Positions 40,416 through 54,415 of a stretch of 64,000 bases of DNA are shown here, piece after piece. How positions within the stretch are numbered: position 1 is the first letter of the stretch; every line of letters starts with the position of its first letter. The DNA lies in NCBI GenBank assembly GCA_000934665.2, contig KZ538456.1:1-64000 (forward strand), given 5' to 3'. The position numbers were made by a program, and so were the translations under genes. Source of the DNA: Catajapyx aquilonaris. Its lineage: Eukaryota. The notes under the pieces were generated by a model, which saw only the letters and a list, made by a program, of their open reading frames with translations, was not told the DNA's origin and did no database searches.

Positions 40416-42938
40416 CTCTGCTCCTGAAGTTGTTGGTGGTAAGAGCTGTTCTGTGGCTGGGGATAGGCTGCTCCTCAGCAAGGCGGCACTTCTGGTACGC
40501 TGAAGACAATAACAAGGAAGGTCTGCTTCCAACTGACTCTGGCTCCCAACTGACCACTTGCTATCATCCTCTTTGGCTTGTAATCTCTTTGCCCAAATGA
40601 CGTAACCGTGATGGGAGGAGTTAGATGGACGCTGAGAGTTTTATTCAAAATTGGATGATGCCCCCCCCCCCCCCNCCCCCTCTCATACCCACCACCCCTT
40701 GTACTTTTGGGCCTTGCTTGCCCGTCTTGGCCAGAATCAATGGAGACGTCCATCCATCCTGGATGGCTGACATGCTGTTGGATTTTTTGAATTTTGATGC
40801 CATCACGAGCTGTCATGTGCGGGAGGGGGAGGGGCGAATATTGGCCAATGGCCTGGAGGAAGCACCTGGTGGTGGACTAATAGTTCATGGTACCATTGTT
40901 GGCGTCGACGACCTTCAATGCTTATTTTAGATTCTTGTAGACTGGAACCACATTGTCGTTGAGATGCTCTAAAATTTTTTTGTCATAGTCCTGAGTTACT
41001 TTTAGACACGACTGTACAATTCATCAGTACATTGTCAATAAATGCTGATTTACTACCGGATTATCAACATACTACTGCAGGTAATAATGTGAACCCCCCC
41101 CCCCCCTTATGTTACATTGGTTACGTGAACACGTCTGGCTTACTTAGAACAAAACGTGCCTAGGAATCAATCGTCTGATCCATTATTGGCATTTCAAACA
41201 TATTCAGAACGTAATACAATAGCATATGCGTCATTAAAATAACGGATCTTCAAGAAGCAGATGACACCTGCGTCTAGTGTCTGGCATGAAAACATCTTGT
41301 GAGTAATCGAGCAAACACGGTATGGAGCATGCCGTCACGCAACAATACATTGGGAGGGTGTGAATTTAATGGGTCAAAAAATGAATAAAAATTGACGAAT
41401 AATGGTGAACTACGAAGGAGGAAAGTATGGAGTACCAACAGTCACATAGTGGTTTTTTATTACATTCCCATGACACACGTCAAGGACAAATGGTTGCAGC
41501 TGGGGTCGACGAGAACTTAACAACATTCATTTTCACTTGTAGTGCCGACTGTTGTCGGAACACACCCAAATATTTTCCCAGGAAGTAATTATTGTTACGT
41601 CAGATCATGCTATGCTCATCGTTGGTAACACACCATGCCTATGGCGTGAGAAGGCTTAGCTAACAACTTGACGTGCACTTAATTTGTGGGGGGTTACCCT
41701 TACAGCATTTCGGCATAAATCATCGCACATTGTTGCTGGTTCGAATGAGCTACATATAATCAGGTGCAGAAACATGTATATACACAACAGGCATGCCATT
41801 TCGAAACTCTTTTCGCCAATGGAATTTCACAATTTTTTTTTTATACGGCGGACGTACCGTATTCAGATCAATTCTTTCATGCTTACGACCAAAAGGAAAA
41901 ATAGGTTATATAAGAGTATGGTCCCAAAAAAAAAAGTGCCGCACGTACTCTGCTTCCACATTCAATTCACGCTTGACCACCTCGATTGTCACCTCGGTTA
42001 TTCCTCGATAGCGTGTCCTCTGCACGCTATTGCTTACACAAAAAAAGTGCAATGTCAGAAAGGTCTTACGTCGAAAAGATTTCCGTGTGAACCAGGATGC
42101 ATAGGATATGCATCATTGGAAGAAGTTAAATTCGGTAGAGGTGGCCTAAATTGGTTGAACCTTGGGGGGGGGGGGGGGGGGGNGTTGTCATTTTCTTTTA
42201 AAAAGAGGGAATGCTCACTAGCCAATTGGTAATTACTCGAAAAATGGAGGATAATAGTGTGGCCGTTGTGAAATAATTGCGTAATATAAAAAAATGAAAG
42301 TGAAATATTGTGATAATAGAGAAGAATGAACTGGAGGTCAGAAATCGATAAGGAAGTCAGCACACTCTATTCAGGGAATAATCAGCCATGCACAATCTTT
42401 TCCGTACCAGCAGAAACCTGCCCCTCATATAGGAAATGGGGGTGTTGGAGGCGGGGATAAAATAACTTGTGGAATCTAATAACAAAGTGAATGGACACTT
42501 GAGAAAGAGAGTGGATTGCAGTGTTTTAACTACAGTACAAATAATAGTGCAGGATTAAGTGGCTTATTTCTCATATCAACACCTGATGGTAATTTAAGAG
42601 ACACAAGACATTTACATAATAACATCATTCGTATAGTCAGTTTCATTTATTCTTGCAAGCTTACTATGACGCAATGGCAGTTTTGATGCTAAATAGTGAC
42701 AGTCGTCTATGTCCTGACCTGTGATCATTCCGCCTGGTACTGTCAGCACGTGCAATGACCGACTTATCTCTGAAGTTAACTACGTCGATAAAAATGATGG
42801 AGATGGGCATCTAAGGTTCGCAAAAATAAGGCTGATTTCGAACTTTCATATTTGATGTCCCCTTGTTAAGATCCCCCCCCCCCCCCCCTACCTTGAATTC
42901 CACTGATTAAATGTCAGGATTTGACCTAGTGCACTCAC

Positions 42939-42957
42939 CTGATAAGACAAGTGCGAT
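42939..42957 (-). other. Candidate 19-nt micro-exon upstream of SLC26A11
   Basis: CCTCTCTCTTCTTTAG|ATCGCACTTGTCTTATCAG|GTGAGT on the - strand. Confidence 0.45.
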
Positions 42958-44919
42958 CTAAAGAAGAGAGAGGCTGGATACCTGGATGCAGGTGTACCCC
43001 CTTCGTGGATGACACAGTGAATGCCTGGGATCCGATGCATGTACTGTATAAACCAAGTATATAAGCATGGGAATGCACCAATGTGATGTGTACGACCTTG
43101 GTTTGATCTTTTATAATAGCATATGAATATTATTATTATTTTTTATGAATTTTGATATTAACACAATATGCTGCAAATGTGGTTCGAAGTATAGGAGACA
43201 TACGTATGGATAATGTGAGGTCTTATTTTTATAACATATTTTCCAGAACCTATTTTGTATTGGGAATAAGCTACAATATTCTCTCTCGACGACTATTCAA
43301 TGTAGGAATTTTTCTCTCACGGTAGCAGAATGATTCATGTTGCTGTGAAATTTCTTAGCCAGGTTTTGCCAAACACTGAGATAAAATTCACATTGACTGA
43401 TGCTCAAAATCTTTATCATGCATTGGCATAGTTCACTAAAAACAGTAAAAAGCGACTAGGCTTCTATATCAGATGGACCAATATGCAACACCCACCATAG
43501 TGTTTGTACCGTATTTAAACACATCAGTAAATGCATATTAAATTTTTTTGTGCCTAGGTGTGCACTAATTTTTTGCATAAGCTTATTGAACGATATGACA
43601 CTCCAGGACTTTTTTTTTTTGGTTTGGCGTAATTGCTGTATTTGTAAATGCCAATTACGTTATCATGGAACAGTAATATGAGTTGATGTGTATTATTACT
43701 GCAATATTGTTATTACGTTTTTATTATGTAACATTTTTCAATCGCTTAACATTTCAGCCATAATTATACTGTATGGTAATGAAATTTCCGTAGTTGTTAT
43801 CGCTGATCTTTCGGGACCACTGCTTATTTTAAGCAGTTACTTTTAAACGGTCATTTAAAATATTACCAAAATAAATAAGAGACGCAAACGTGCAGAACAG
43901 TTCAGATCATCCTGTCTCTCTTTACAGGGACAATAAACACTCCCCGCATCTGTGAAAGAGGGCCTCAGATATGCCTTCCATTGAACCGAATATAATCAGC
44001 TATGATAACTTCTAAAAAGCAACTGTTCAAAGTAGTTGCCAAAATAGCTAATCACCCAGTGCATTTCAATTGGAACACTCTGTATAACATATGTGTCAAG
44101 CAATCACAGGGTACATTGCACCTTTATGCAGCGATGGCAGCGATGGTAGGGGTACGACAAGTAACATTATTTTATCACCAATACCTGCTGCGAAGTGTCG
44201 GTTGTCAGCAAAACAATGTCACTTCAATATATCTTAAGCTTGTCACGTCCGAGTTCATGAACTGGAATGACAGCGTAGATGTTCCGTCAGTTCGTGTTTA
44301 TTTCAACAGGCGCATCTATTTCATATTCACAAAATGGCAATAATGGGATTAGCGGAAAGGCATGTCAGAAAGATCCTACATACGTAGTACTGTATATTGA
44401 AGTAGCATCACAATGTTGATCGCGTGTGGTATCCAGCATGTTGTTTCGCAAATAGTAGCCTAGCATTTGCACGCCTCTATATGGTACACTCACGGATTGA
44501 TTGACTGATTGAGGATTTGTGGTGCAAAGTCAAAGAAGGCTATCTGGAAAAATAGTTTTATGGACTCATGATATTATTCAAATGCTAACATAACCTATCG
44601 TATACCACTGCAGTAATCAACGTTGCTGAACAATGCAGTATAGTGATGCAGTTGCTATCAGAAGTGTCTGTATCATACATTTCGTGTGAAAAAAGAAAAA
44701 AATAGTGCTTAAGTAGACTGGCATATATATGCTGGGAAAGTCTATCCTGGTTCGATCCGAGTTAGGCAATAACTATATGCAGTTGTCAGTAATCATTACC
44801 GCATTGTTCCATCCCTTTTGTTACCTCAGCACCTTCCGTTGATAATACAGCCATATGTTTCATACCCGCACGCGAATTCCCGGGTATCACATCATACGAT
44901 GTATCGCGAGCAGGTTTAA

Positions 44920-45198
44920 CCCTGGAACCGTGCCGTGCCTACGAGTATTACGGCAACCGTGCCGTGGGGTCTTTTCGGACCCCACCATATTTTAATTTTT
45001 ATTAATTATTATATAATACTTTTCGATGTATTGACTATATATACAATCATTCTTTGAACAATGACTAAAAGGATCGCTAATTCAAAAGAAACCTACACTT
45101 CCTATTATATACTCTAAAAAAATGGCAAAAGTTCATTTATCATTTTAATGCATTTTTTCCCTTGGGGTCCAAAAAGACCCCACGGCACGGTTCCAGGG
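44920..45198. mobile_element. piggyBac-type MITE
   Basis: TTAA|CCCTGGAACCGTGCCGTG ... CACGGCACGGTTCCAGGG|TTAA; perfect 18-bp TIR plus subterminal repeats. Confidence 0.9.
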
Positions 45199-45283
45199 TT
45201 AAACTGCCCGCCTCTGTTCCCCTCCCTTGTGAAAGTTGGCCCTCTTGAGGGTGCCCGTGTTGGCTCCCCCGAGGCCCGCCTAC

Positions 45284-45362
45284 GATGTTTCAGTCAACAA
45301 TTTTTTCAGTCATCAATTTCAGTCAACAATGATGTTTCAGTCAACAACAACAAGATGTTTCA
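45284..45362. repeat. Short imperfect tandem repeat
   Basis: TTTCAGTCA(A/T)CAA units repeated about four times. Confidence 0.55.
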
Positions 45363-47365
45363 GAATACTGAATCACGCTTTAGTGAGACGGCCAAAAAGA
45401 ATTCCGTTAGATTTGTACCGATAAGGACATAAGCTAAATTATGAAACATTTTGGATTATTTAATGGACAAACTGTAGCAAAAGCGAATAGCGAACTTTAA
45501 CCACCTTTATAGTGCTATATATCTAGTTGATCATATACGTACACATGTTGTGCAACCCTTTCTAACTTTGATTGACTGTATAGTATAGTAGTCTACAAAT
45601 TCCTTTTTCTTCCACGGATTAAAAGAACGGATACGTAAGAGCAAGCCCGCGAATTGCATCGGATATGCCCCTATGCGTCAGAAGGAGGTCCTGTCTTGAA
45701 TAAAGGGTCAAAGGTTCAAGTTGTGAGAGGATACCGCCACACGGAGAAAGCGGTACCATGTGCCTGCCATGTTGATGAAAATGTACTGATTTAGGCACCA
45801 AAGAGACGTAAAAGAGAAGAGTATTGGACGTGAGGTTGTGTCCAGAATCATAATGAGCAATATAGGCCAATGCTACCCAAGATGGAATAGGCAGGAGAAT
45901 AGTGGAATCGTGGGAGAGGTTAGCTGGATGGTAATGAGCGGAATCAGGAGCAAAGTCTGTCTGATGGATAATCACCTACACACACGCATGCAATACACCG
46001 ACTTTGCTATTAGCTCTTGCTCAATGTCAAGGGAGAGGTCAGGCGACCCAGTCGAGCTTTTTTTTTTTTCCTTTAAAGGATTAAATCCCATGGCATTATC
46101 ATCCCGTGCAACTGTTTATACTCGATTACAATAGGCTGCTTCTTGATTCCAAGGTGAAGTACTTACACGGATGAAATTGCGTGTTTGCGATTTGTGGGCT
46201 GGCAGCACGTGTGATTCCTTCGGATCCATATGGCATACGAGTGTATACAAGAGCGCAATAAAAATTTACTAGCATCGTTTATCAACAAGTTGTCAGAAAA
46301 GTGGCCAATATCATTCCGATGGCACTATGAAACTATCAGGAGTTTACCATGGTGAATTATTTCCATCCCTGGTAATTCACCTTGCCGGAGTGCTAATGCA
46401 TATACAGCGCCAAACGTTCCTTTGCGGAAGGGCCTATATGGGGCACATGATAATAACCCGAGATGCTATGAGAAGAAACAATGCATATTTGATGTTACTT
46501 TCATATGACCGCTAAAGTTACAAACACGAATGACATAATGTTAAAATAGCATAATGAACGAATAAGAGTGGTCGCGACCAATTTAAAAAACCTACAAGGA
46601 AAGTAGTTTTCCTGCTCAACCCTGTAGAACAGTATGATGTCACGATTTTATGAGTTTATGATCTTTTGCTATTCCATTAGCATGGGAGAGTGCAAACTTT
46701 ACATAGGCACGTCAGCTGTGTGATGATGTAATTAACCTGACATAATATTACTCATACAACACCAAAGTTATGAAAATGACCTACTGGCGGGGTTTAGAGA
46801 AAGCTACCGATGATCAGGCAAGCTCCATCGTTTCATATTGATTGATGACTATCGAAATCCCTTTGATTACGATCATGTGCAACCGATGTACTAAGCAATA
46901 TCCACTGATTCTCGGTTTCACGCTACGTCTGTTTTTAAACTTTTTTTTCCCACAATTTTGCGATGCGCTTGTCAGGTGTATTATAAAGCTACGATAAGTA
47001 TAAGGTAGTCGTGACAACGGGCTTAACCACAGTGTGTTGCATGACTACTGAGACACGCAGTGCACCGGAAGTAATAGTGTCAGTATGTCTCCAAAGAAGT
47101 GAATGATAGTAGTGTGCCCTTTGAAAGTTTCTCTTATGACTCATGTTGAATGGGGCTGGCTGTTGTATAGCTGGATACGCGCAATTGACGAATAACAAGT
47201 ACAACGAAAAAAAGAGTGCACGTAAACAAAAATTACACTTTCACAGTGGTACCTTATTATAAAATATTAATTAGGGGTTGACAAAATTTAAATAAATTAA
47301 GAATAATTACTCCAGCGCATTCATGCTTAACTTCGAAAGATATCCGTGAGCATATTTTTACAAAC

Positions 47366-47607
47366 TGAAGACCTCGGGGGAAGAACAATCAAGGTCCACC
47401 TCATATGAAACTGAGATATTGCAATTTCAAATTTCGAAAGGTTCTATTGTAAATCCTACTTTCGGGGCTTTCCATATTGGACTATGATCATTACTCCACA
47501 ACCACTACCAAACCATCATATTCTGCGCTAGTGAAACTATCTTCTGAGATATGTAACTCATTTTTGACAAAAAGTGGACCTTGATCGTTCTTCTCCCGAG
47601 GTCTTCA
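47366..47607. mobile_element. MITE with ~34-bp TIRs, superfamily unclear
   Basis: TGAAGACCTCGGGGGAAGAACAATCAAGGTCCAC / GTGGACCTTGATCGTTCTTCTCCCGAGGTCTTCA. Confidence 0.75.
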
Positions 47608-48666
47608 AATGCTTCATTACATTTCGTGATTTAGATCGTGTAACACCTTCACCTCAAATGTGTTTTCAATTTTATCACCATTAATTCGCACTAAGATCAA
47701 GACTAGCCTATTATGACTATAGGCAGATGTGTAATGATTATTAATTTAGCGCAACAGTAGTCACTATATTGTATATGTTATAAAACATGTCCTGTGTTGC
47801 ACAAACTTCCCGGAATAAACTCTTTAAGGTATATCTACAAATTGGTAGGGGCAATAAAGTTGTCTCAAGTTATCTTGTGCGACGCACGTCGTAGATTGAT
47901 TACTCATATCAAACACAAAACACCATGCAAATAAAAATGAATTATATTTATAGCAAGTTACCACTGGGGGAAATAGTGTGATAAATGTCACCATTCACCA
48001 ATTTCTATTTTTGGTACCAATATTTGCTCTAAATCTCGTATTATCAAACGGTGATCGACTTTGAACAACATTCTTATTGCCCCGATAAGGAGTGTTGACA
48101 TGCTCAAGGTGCACCCCCTTTCCATACAAGTTGCCAGTTACAAATGTATTCAATTCAGCAACCTTGAATGTTGTTTCAGTAATGTCAAAAGTGAGCAATT
48201 CTGAACTGTAGCCGTGACTTGCCGTATAAAAAAGTCCCACTTTTCATTTGATTGCCCATATCCGAAATGATGATGATAATAAGACTGGTATGTTTTGTGT
48301 GCTGCTGTGTCGTGTCGTCACGATCCAAGGTACACGTATAGAGTATATCAATGGCCAAAAAGTCACGCCATCTCATGGCTAAGTTTACAGGGAGATATTC
48401 AACGTAAGAAACAGAAAATAGTAGACGTAATATAAGGTAATCCATGATATTATTATTGTGCATTGTTTACTCCACCAACCAGTTTAGAGAAAATTGCAAA
48501 TTCTGGCCACGAGTGTTACTTCAGGCTGGTTATTTATATGCTATTAAAACTGGTGGCTGCACTGCTCCCCTTTTTTCACTGAGGAAGTACGGGACCACCC
48601 TGTAGAGAGCAGAATGTCATTACTAAATATTATAAGCTTTCGATATGTCAATAATAATCACATGTA

Positions 48667-48993
48667 CAGGGAGATGAAGTGGCGTCGCGGTAACGCGTGC
48701 GCCCACGGATGTGAAGGTCCCGGGTTCAATCCCCACCCGGGGTTCCCACCTTTATCCGTGCAGAGTTGGGCCATCTCTGGCTTCATTTCGGGTGGAAATT
48801 TCCTAAAGACTAATCCACCCGGGGGAATTAACAAAATGACCAATTAACGACAGCGCACATGCACTTTGCACATCCCCTCCTACCAACCCTTGGAGTAATT
48901 CATAAGATTCTTTTAACACGCTCCAAAAAAAAACACATACCAATGGTGGTAATCCACCACCACGGGGTAAATAAAAAAAATAAAAAAATAAAA
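48667..48993 (+). mobile_element. tRNA-derived SINE
   Basis: A-box-like TGGCGTCGCGG, B-box GGTTCAATCCC, (TAAAAAA)n tail, perfect 14-bp TSD AATAATCACATGTA (48653-48666, 48994-49007). Confidence 0.85.
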
Positions 48994-50464
48994 AATAATC
49001 ACATGTAATCGCGCATGGAGTGTGTTGTAAGTTCCCCTTCTCAAAGAAAAAGAAGATGGGTAGATTTTTCTAAATCAGTCAACAAGTCAGTTAATAGCCA
49101 ATGACGCCCCTTGAACTTGAAATCAGAACTAAATTTTTCGCACCTTATTTGTAAACACTAACACCTCCCCATAGTAAACACCATCGGATTCCTACAGTGT
49201 AAAACATGTGAAACTGCACGTATATGACAATGTATCGCAATACAATTAATCTCTAAAGGCAATAAAATGTACAGTATATAGTAATCATATTCTGACTTTA
49301 ATCTTACTATGAAAACATGCTCATACACCACACTATAACTTCAACAAATCGCAATGAAACGCTGCGACACTTTCGTCAGCAAATAGGACTTGTGCCAATT
49401 TGCAACATAGAGCACATAGGATCTTGTCCTCATTAGCATGGTTCTGAGAGAATAAGTGAATAACCCATTGCATCATCATATTATGTACGGTATATGCAAA
49501 ATATCTTCCTCACCTTCATAGTCATGACGATCTTGTCAATTAATAACATGAATGCTCATATGAGCTTTAACGACTTCCGACTTCTGATTTTGGATGAACA
49601 AATGAACCCTTATTGTGAGAATATGGCTTTTATGATTTTATTTTTTGTCATTATCTGTGCTATGTTTGATCTTCTTGGAAACCTTATTTTTGCATATACG
49701 ACGATCCACCTATAAGTTATTTTTTTATCTAATATGCTGATTCCTGGTGGTTCGCAATGTATTGTATGCAGCTGGAGTATAAGTTTCAATTGCAGATGGA
49801 AACACCAGGTTCATTTGAAGCTCCAGGACGTGAGACATTGCCACCATTATTATGCATCCATTACGAAGTGGTGGCAGCAGCACAATCTTCTTAATATGGC
49901 AGCTCATATTGACGTCTCTCAATCTCCTCACTCACATTAGGCACTCTCTCATAATGCATTCCATCAACTTTCCTAAATACCATATGGGTATTTTAGCACC
50001 TACAACAGTAGGCTACAAAAGGCACATGCTCTGTCATTGGAAGTGACACACAGGTCGAGTTATGACGTTATCTCTATAGAAGGGCCCATAAAAGCGAGAA
50101 ATTCAACAAAACACGTTTCACCATACAAAAGCTTCAATTTTTACACGAGATAGGAACAAGGTGATCCTAAATGATGTCTAAGTTCAAGTTGCTACCATGG
50201 GGTTGCAGCACCTTCTCCATAGAAATATAGCGCCTCAGCAAATTAACGTGGCTACTTTCCCTTATCTTCAAACCTGAACCAAACGTTCCTGCTTTCAATG
50301 TAAAAATTAATAAACTACATTACCGTAAAATGGGAGGTGGTTAGGGACTTATTTTGGTTTTTAAGAAATTTTAGATGGCAAAAATGGGTGCAAATTAGTA
50401 GTTTATTAATTCAAAATGACATTATAAAATGTCATATCCACTATTAGCACATACAGTATATTCC

Positions 50465-50823
50465 ACATATATTCCAAAGTTTTAAAGGGATACCATAATT
50501 ATTCAAAAGTTAGATAAATGCTGTTTGATTATTTATTGAAATTAAATGAATTTTGAATAGAAATACTACTTTTTTGGGTTTAGGTCAATTATAGTCTAGA
50601 CCTGTATGTAGCCTGCAACAGTGGATATTTTACTTCTTGATGATGAAGAAGTAAAATATCCATTGTTGCAGGCTACAGGTCTAGCCTAGAATGGACCTAA
50701 ACCCAAAAAAGTAGTATTTCTCCTATTCAAAATTCACTTAATTTCAATAAATAATCCAACAGCAATGCTGATCTAACTTTTGAATAATATTATGGTATCC
50801 CATTAAAACTTTGGAATATATGT
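50465..50823. repeat. Long AT-rich palindrome (arms ~175 bp, ~7-nt loop)
   Basis: ACATATATTCCAAAGTTTT...TACTTCTT / AAGAAGTA...AAAACTTTGGAATATATGT, with small indels. Confidence 0.9.
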
Positions 50824-53535
50824 CTTTGCCTTGTCCCTATCACCCCATTGTAGACACAAAACACGCCTGTTTCCAAAAAAATTATAATATGAAGTTTCAA
50901 TTTTCAGCAATTTAAAGTTTAACGATCTCAAATTGGGGGAACTAGTAGAGGCTGAACCAATGAAAAGGCTGATATCGAGACGTTGACAATGTTGCACATA
51001 TTTGAAGTGAATCATGGTGCATAAATAGGGTGGAGGAAAAGGTAAACATTATTGTCCATGTTTTTCACTCAATGGGGAAATATCCTGCTGATTATGCCAC
51101 CATAAAATCACCCACGGTATCTCAGTGGCTTAAGCAACAGGATATTCCATTATTATCATTCAGCATGGTGGCGACACGAACATTAACATGCCATTATCTC
51201 TACAAAAAATTGGTTCCACATTGATATTCGATCCTCATTGTTGCAATCTGCCATTCCCAACCATAAATTCACTACAGAGGTGATTCTAATTCGGGATGAC
51301 ATTAGTGAGCTATTAACCACTAAAACTAAAATTTTATTAATAATAAGCAGCTTAGTTCGAAAAAAATCGCTACAACAATTGTTACGTTTTGGATCACATA
51401 AAAATACATAATCCGGCAATCGGAGATTTCCCTTGAGATTTCCTCCTTACAGCCAGTTGTATCAACTCAATAAGTCTTAGAGCAGGTGCGTGCCTATCTC
51501 ACACCCTCTATACTAGTTCCAACCTGAAAATACATATCCCACCCACCGCCTTATCAAAATTCTACCCACTCCGAATAACCCACCGATGCTCGGCAAGAAG
51601 ATGAGAAGCCTTGCGTACGATAATTTCCTAGACACCCTGTGTGAAATTCGGTCAAATTCATGACATGATAACTCCGCCTTGGCTCCCATCTCGCCCTATA
51701 CTGTACGTCACGTCATTAATGGTTGTCATTCTGACTAAGCTGTGGCAGATATTTACCTTGGGGACATATCAGAATATCGTTTGCCGCATACCAGTACAGT
51801 AGACTACACCTATAACCACGTATAGTATACGATCCTACAATATGGAAGAGGTCTAAAAATAATGCACTTGTTGAGGCCTATTTAAGATGATAATGTCACT
51901 ATGAGCAGGTACGGCGACTTCAATAAAAAAACTAGTTGATGTGTGTGCTCCACTGCTTATTTACGAATAAGTGAATATTTTGACTTCTATTGTACTATTA
52001 GAATTGGAGCCAACAGATCTCTAGAATTTCACTGAACGTCGTTGAAGCCCCTCATTCTTGCTAGGGATAATACGTTACCAGGCCTTCGGACTCCAATCCT
52101 CCAATTGCTGGGCTTCCGAAAATGCTGCGAAGAACCGGAAAAAACTTAGCACTCAATGGACCTAATAACAGGATGTAAATCAAACTGCCGTAGTTGACAC
52201 TAAACTCACAAAAGGCTAAATGCTGCAGCCTGCAGCTCAGGTTCACTCTTTGTGGCTGCCATTCTTCTTCTGCACTATACCAACCGAGACCTGGACCTTA
52301 TTTGGTACGTGTATACAGAATCCGAAGAAGTCCTGGTTGCTACTACAAGTATCCGTCTAATATAGCCATGAAGACAATGGAAGGTAACCCAATTTTCTGC
52401 ATATTTTCGAAGTCGTGAACCTCACCCGAATTGTTCTTGAACCTACTCGGATGGGTATTGTGTATTCGCAGAGCAAAGTGGGCTACATACCAACTAATAG
52501 CAAACATCATTGTGATTTACAGTAGCTAGTCTAAACAAGCACGGCGACTCGAATATGTCCGGATGTTATTATTTGCAGCCGTTAATTAACTGCTAAATAT
52601 GTCCCTCCTACACGTCGACCAAGTAAGGTCATTCTCTGATCATGCTTTGTTACGAATATCCAAAGGTCCTGAAGAAATGTTCCGTGGTACCTGGAATGCC
52701 ACTAATCTATTATATAATTAGATCAAAATTAATTTTGCATTTTATTTTGAACTCATATTGGAAGACGTGAGGTCAATGTTTCTTTGTGACCTCGACGTTT
52801 TTACACCTATCCAAACAAACCCTATTCTTTTATCACAATGCCAAGGTGTCATACCGAACTCGCAAGATTCCCATTCTTTGACATTGCGTAATTGTTATGC
52901 AAATGACATCCGCATTCTTAGGTTACGCGCCGTATTCTCTTACAACTAAAAGATCTGAAATGCAGAACGATCAGAGTCACAGTCGAGTGATTCCGAGATA
53001 AGAGCCTTTGAAGTTTGAAGAATGCCTTAGATCTTATGGGTTCCATTTTAAACAAAAAAGCTTCTGCAGAAGCCAACAATTGCTGTATGACAAAACTTTA
53101 GTTTTCTGGCTTCGATAGAAAATCAATTTAAAAACTGGACCATCAGAAAATCGCGTTAAGGGTTACGTTATAAAAATCTTATTTAATTTCCACAGGAATA
53201 TGACTAACCGCTCTGAATATCAGATCCTCAATTTCTATAGCCCTTCATAGTGGAACGAATACAAGGTGTTTCAGAAAGATACTGACAAACTTGTGGGCTG
53301 TGGTCCCATGCGAGCCAGAGGATCACCATATCGATGTGGGGGAGGGTCATTTTGTATCCGAAGTCTACTTTAATAACGAGATTCAGAGACAGTCTAAGCA
53401 TGTAGGCTTAACTGCTGACGTCACCAAATTTAAAACCACAGTATAAAGTTGGTTAACCTCTGTGAATCTCGTCCCTAAGGTGGATTTGCAAGCTCGCGAT
53501 CTTTGCGAGCTAATTCGGGTTGCAAAATACTCGTA

Positions 53536-54415
53536 CAAGGTTGTTCAAATATGAACGGGATTAATTTTTTTTAGAACATTCCTTATTATACATTGACTTC
53601 TTTTTCATGTCACCCTTCATGACACTCCTCACTGGGCACTACACATTTTCTTCAGCATTATGGTAGTTATTTTATCCCATTTTCAAAAATGTTTTTTTGA
53701 TTGTGGGCGTATACACTCTGTAACAATTGCCATCACAGGATCGTTGTCTTCACACCGCGTACTCCGGCTATAACTGTAACAGACGCAAGTCTTCCAAACA
53801 AGTAGAAATCACTTGAGGTCACATCTGCGATAAAGGATGAGTTTACAGGAAAGTCCCATCTGACCTTTTTTTATTTTATTGCGATGTGGGGTCTTGCTTT
53901 GTCTTGGAGGAAGTATATCCTATTTCCTCCAGTCGTTCGGACTTGTTTCTTCACATGACTGAATACTATTATACAGTGATTGTTCTGCCTTCTGGTAACA
54001 AATCAACATGAATAATTTCCTTCCAATCCCCTCAAAAAGTCATCACAACTATTCCAGCGGAGCGCATCCTTAGCGGCTTTTTGGGTCATGAGGTTCTCCA
54101 CTATCTCAGTTCCCTTTCTGAAGGCTTTACACCACTCAAACACATGGGTTCGAGAGAGATACTCTTCCCCATACTGTTTATTAACTCTCTGCCAAATTTC
54201 TAATGGGTTGACGTTTTATATAACGAGAAATTTGATGAACATGCGTGGTTCCGCGCTCCATGGCACTTTCTGCTCGGTTATCTCTCCTGGAAATTCCAGA
54301 CAAGACTGAGAAGAGGGGATGGGTTTAGGCTTCAATTTTGCAAGGTCGTTAATTTGTTGGACGGATTTATTTGTTCGGGAAAAATCTGTGCCAATCATAT
54401 TTACGTATAATCTCG
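53536..54415 (-). mobile_element. Internally deleted, decayed mariner transposon
   Basis: - strand remnants: FIKFLVI*NVNPLEIWQRVNKQYGEEYLSRTHVFEWCKAFRKG (HTH), SAG..IIHVDLLPEGRTIT, FLQDKARPH, SDFYLFGRL; degenerate TIRs; TA at the left. Confidence 0.85.

Noticed and set aside
41684..42232. 182-aa + strand ORF
   Set aside because: Non-ATG start, spans a poly-G/N gap, no protein-like motifs.
45619..45975. 118-aa - strand ORF, possible LINE remnant
   Set aside because: No motif clear enough to support either call.
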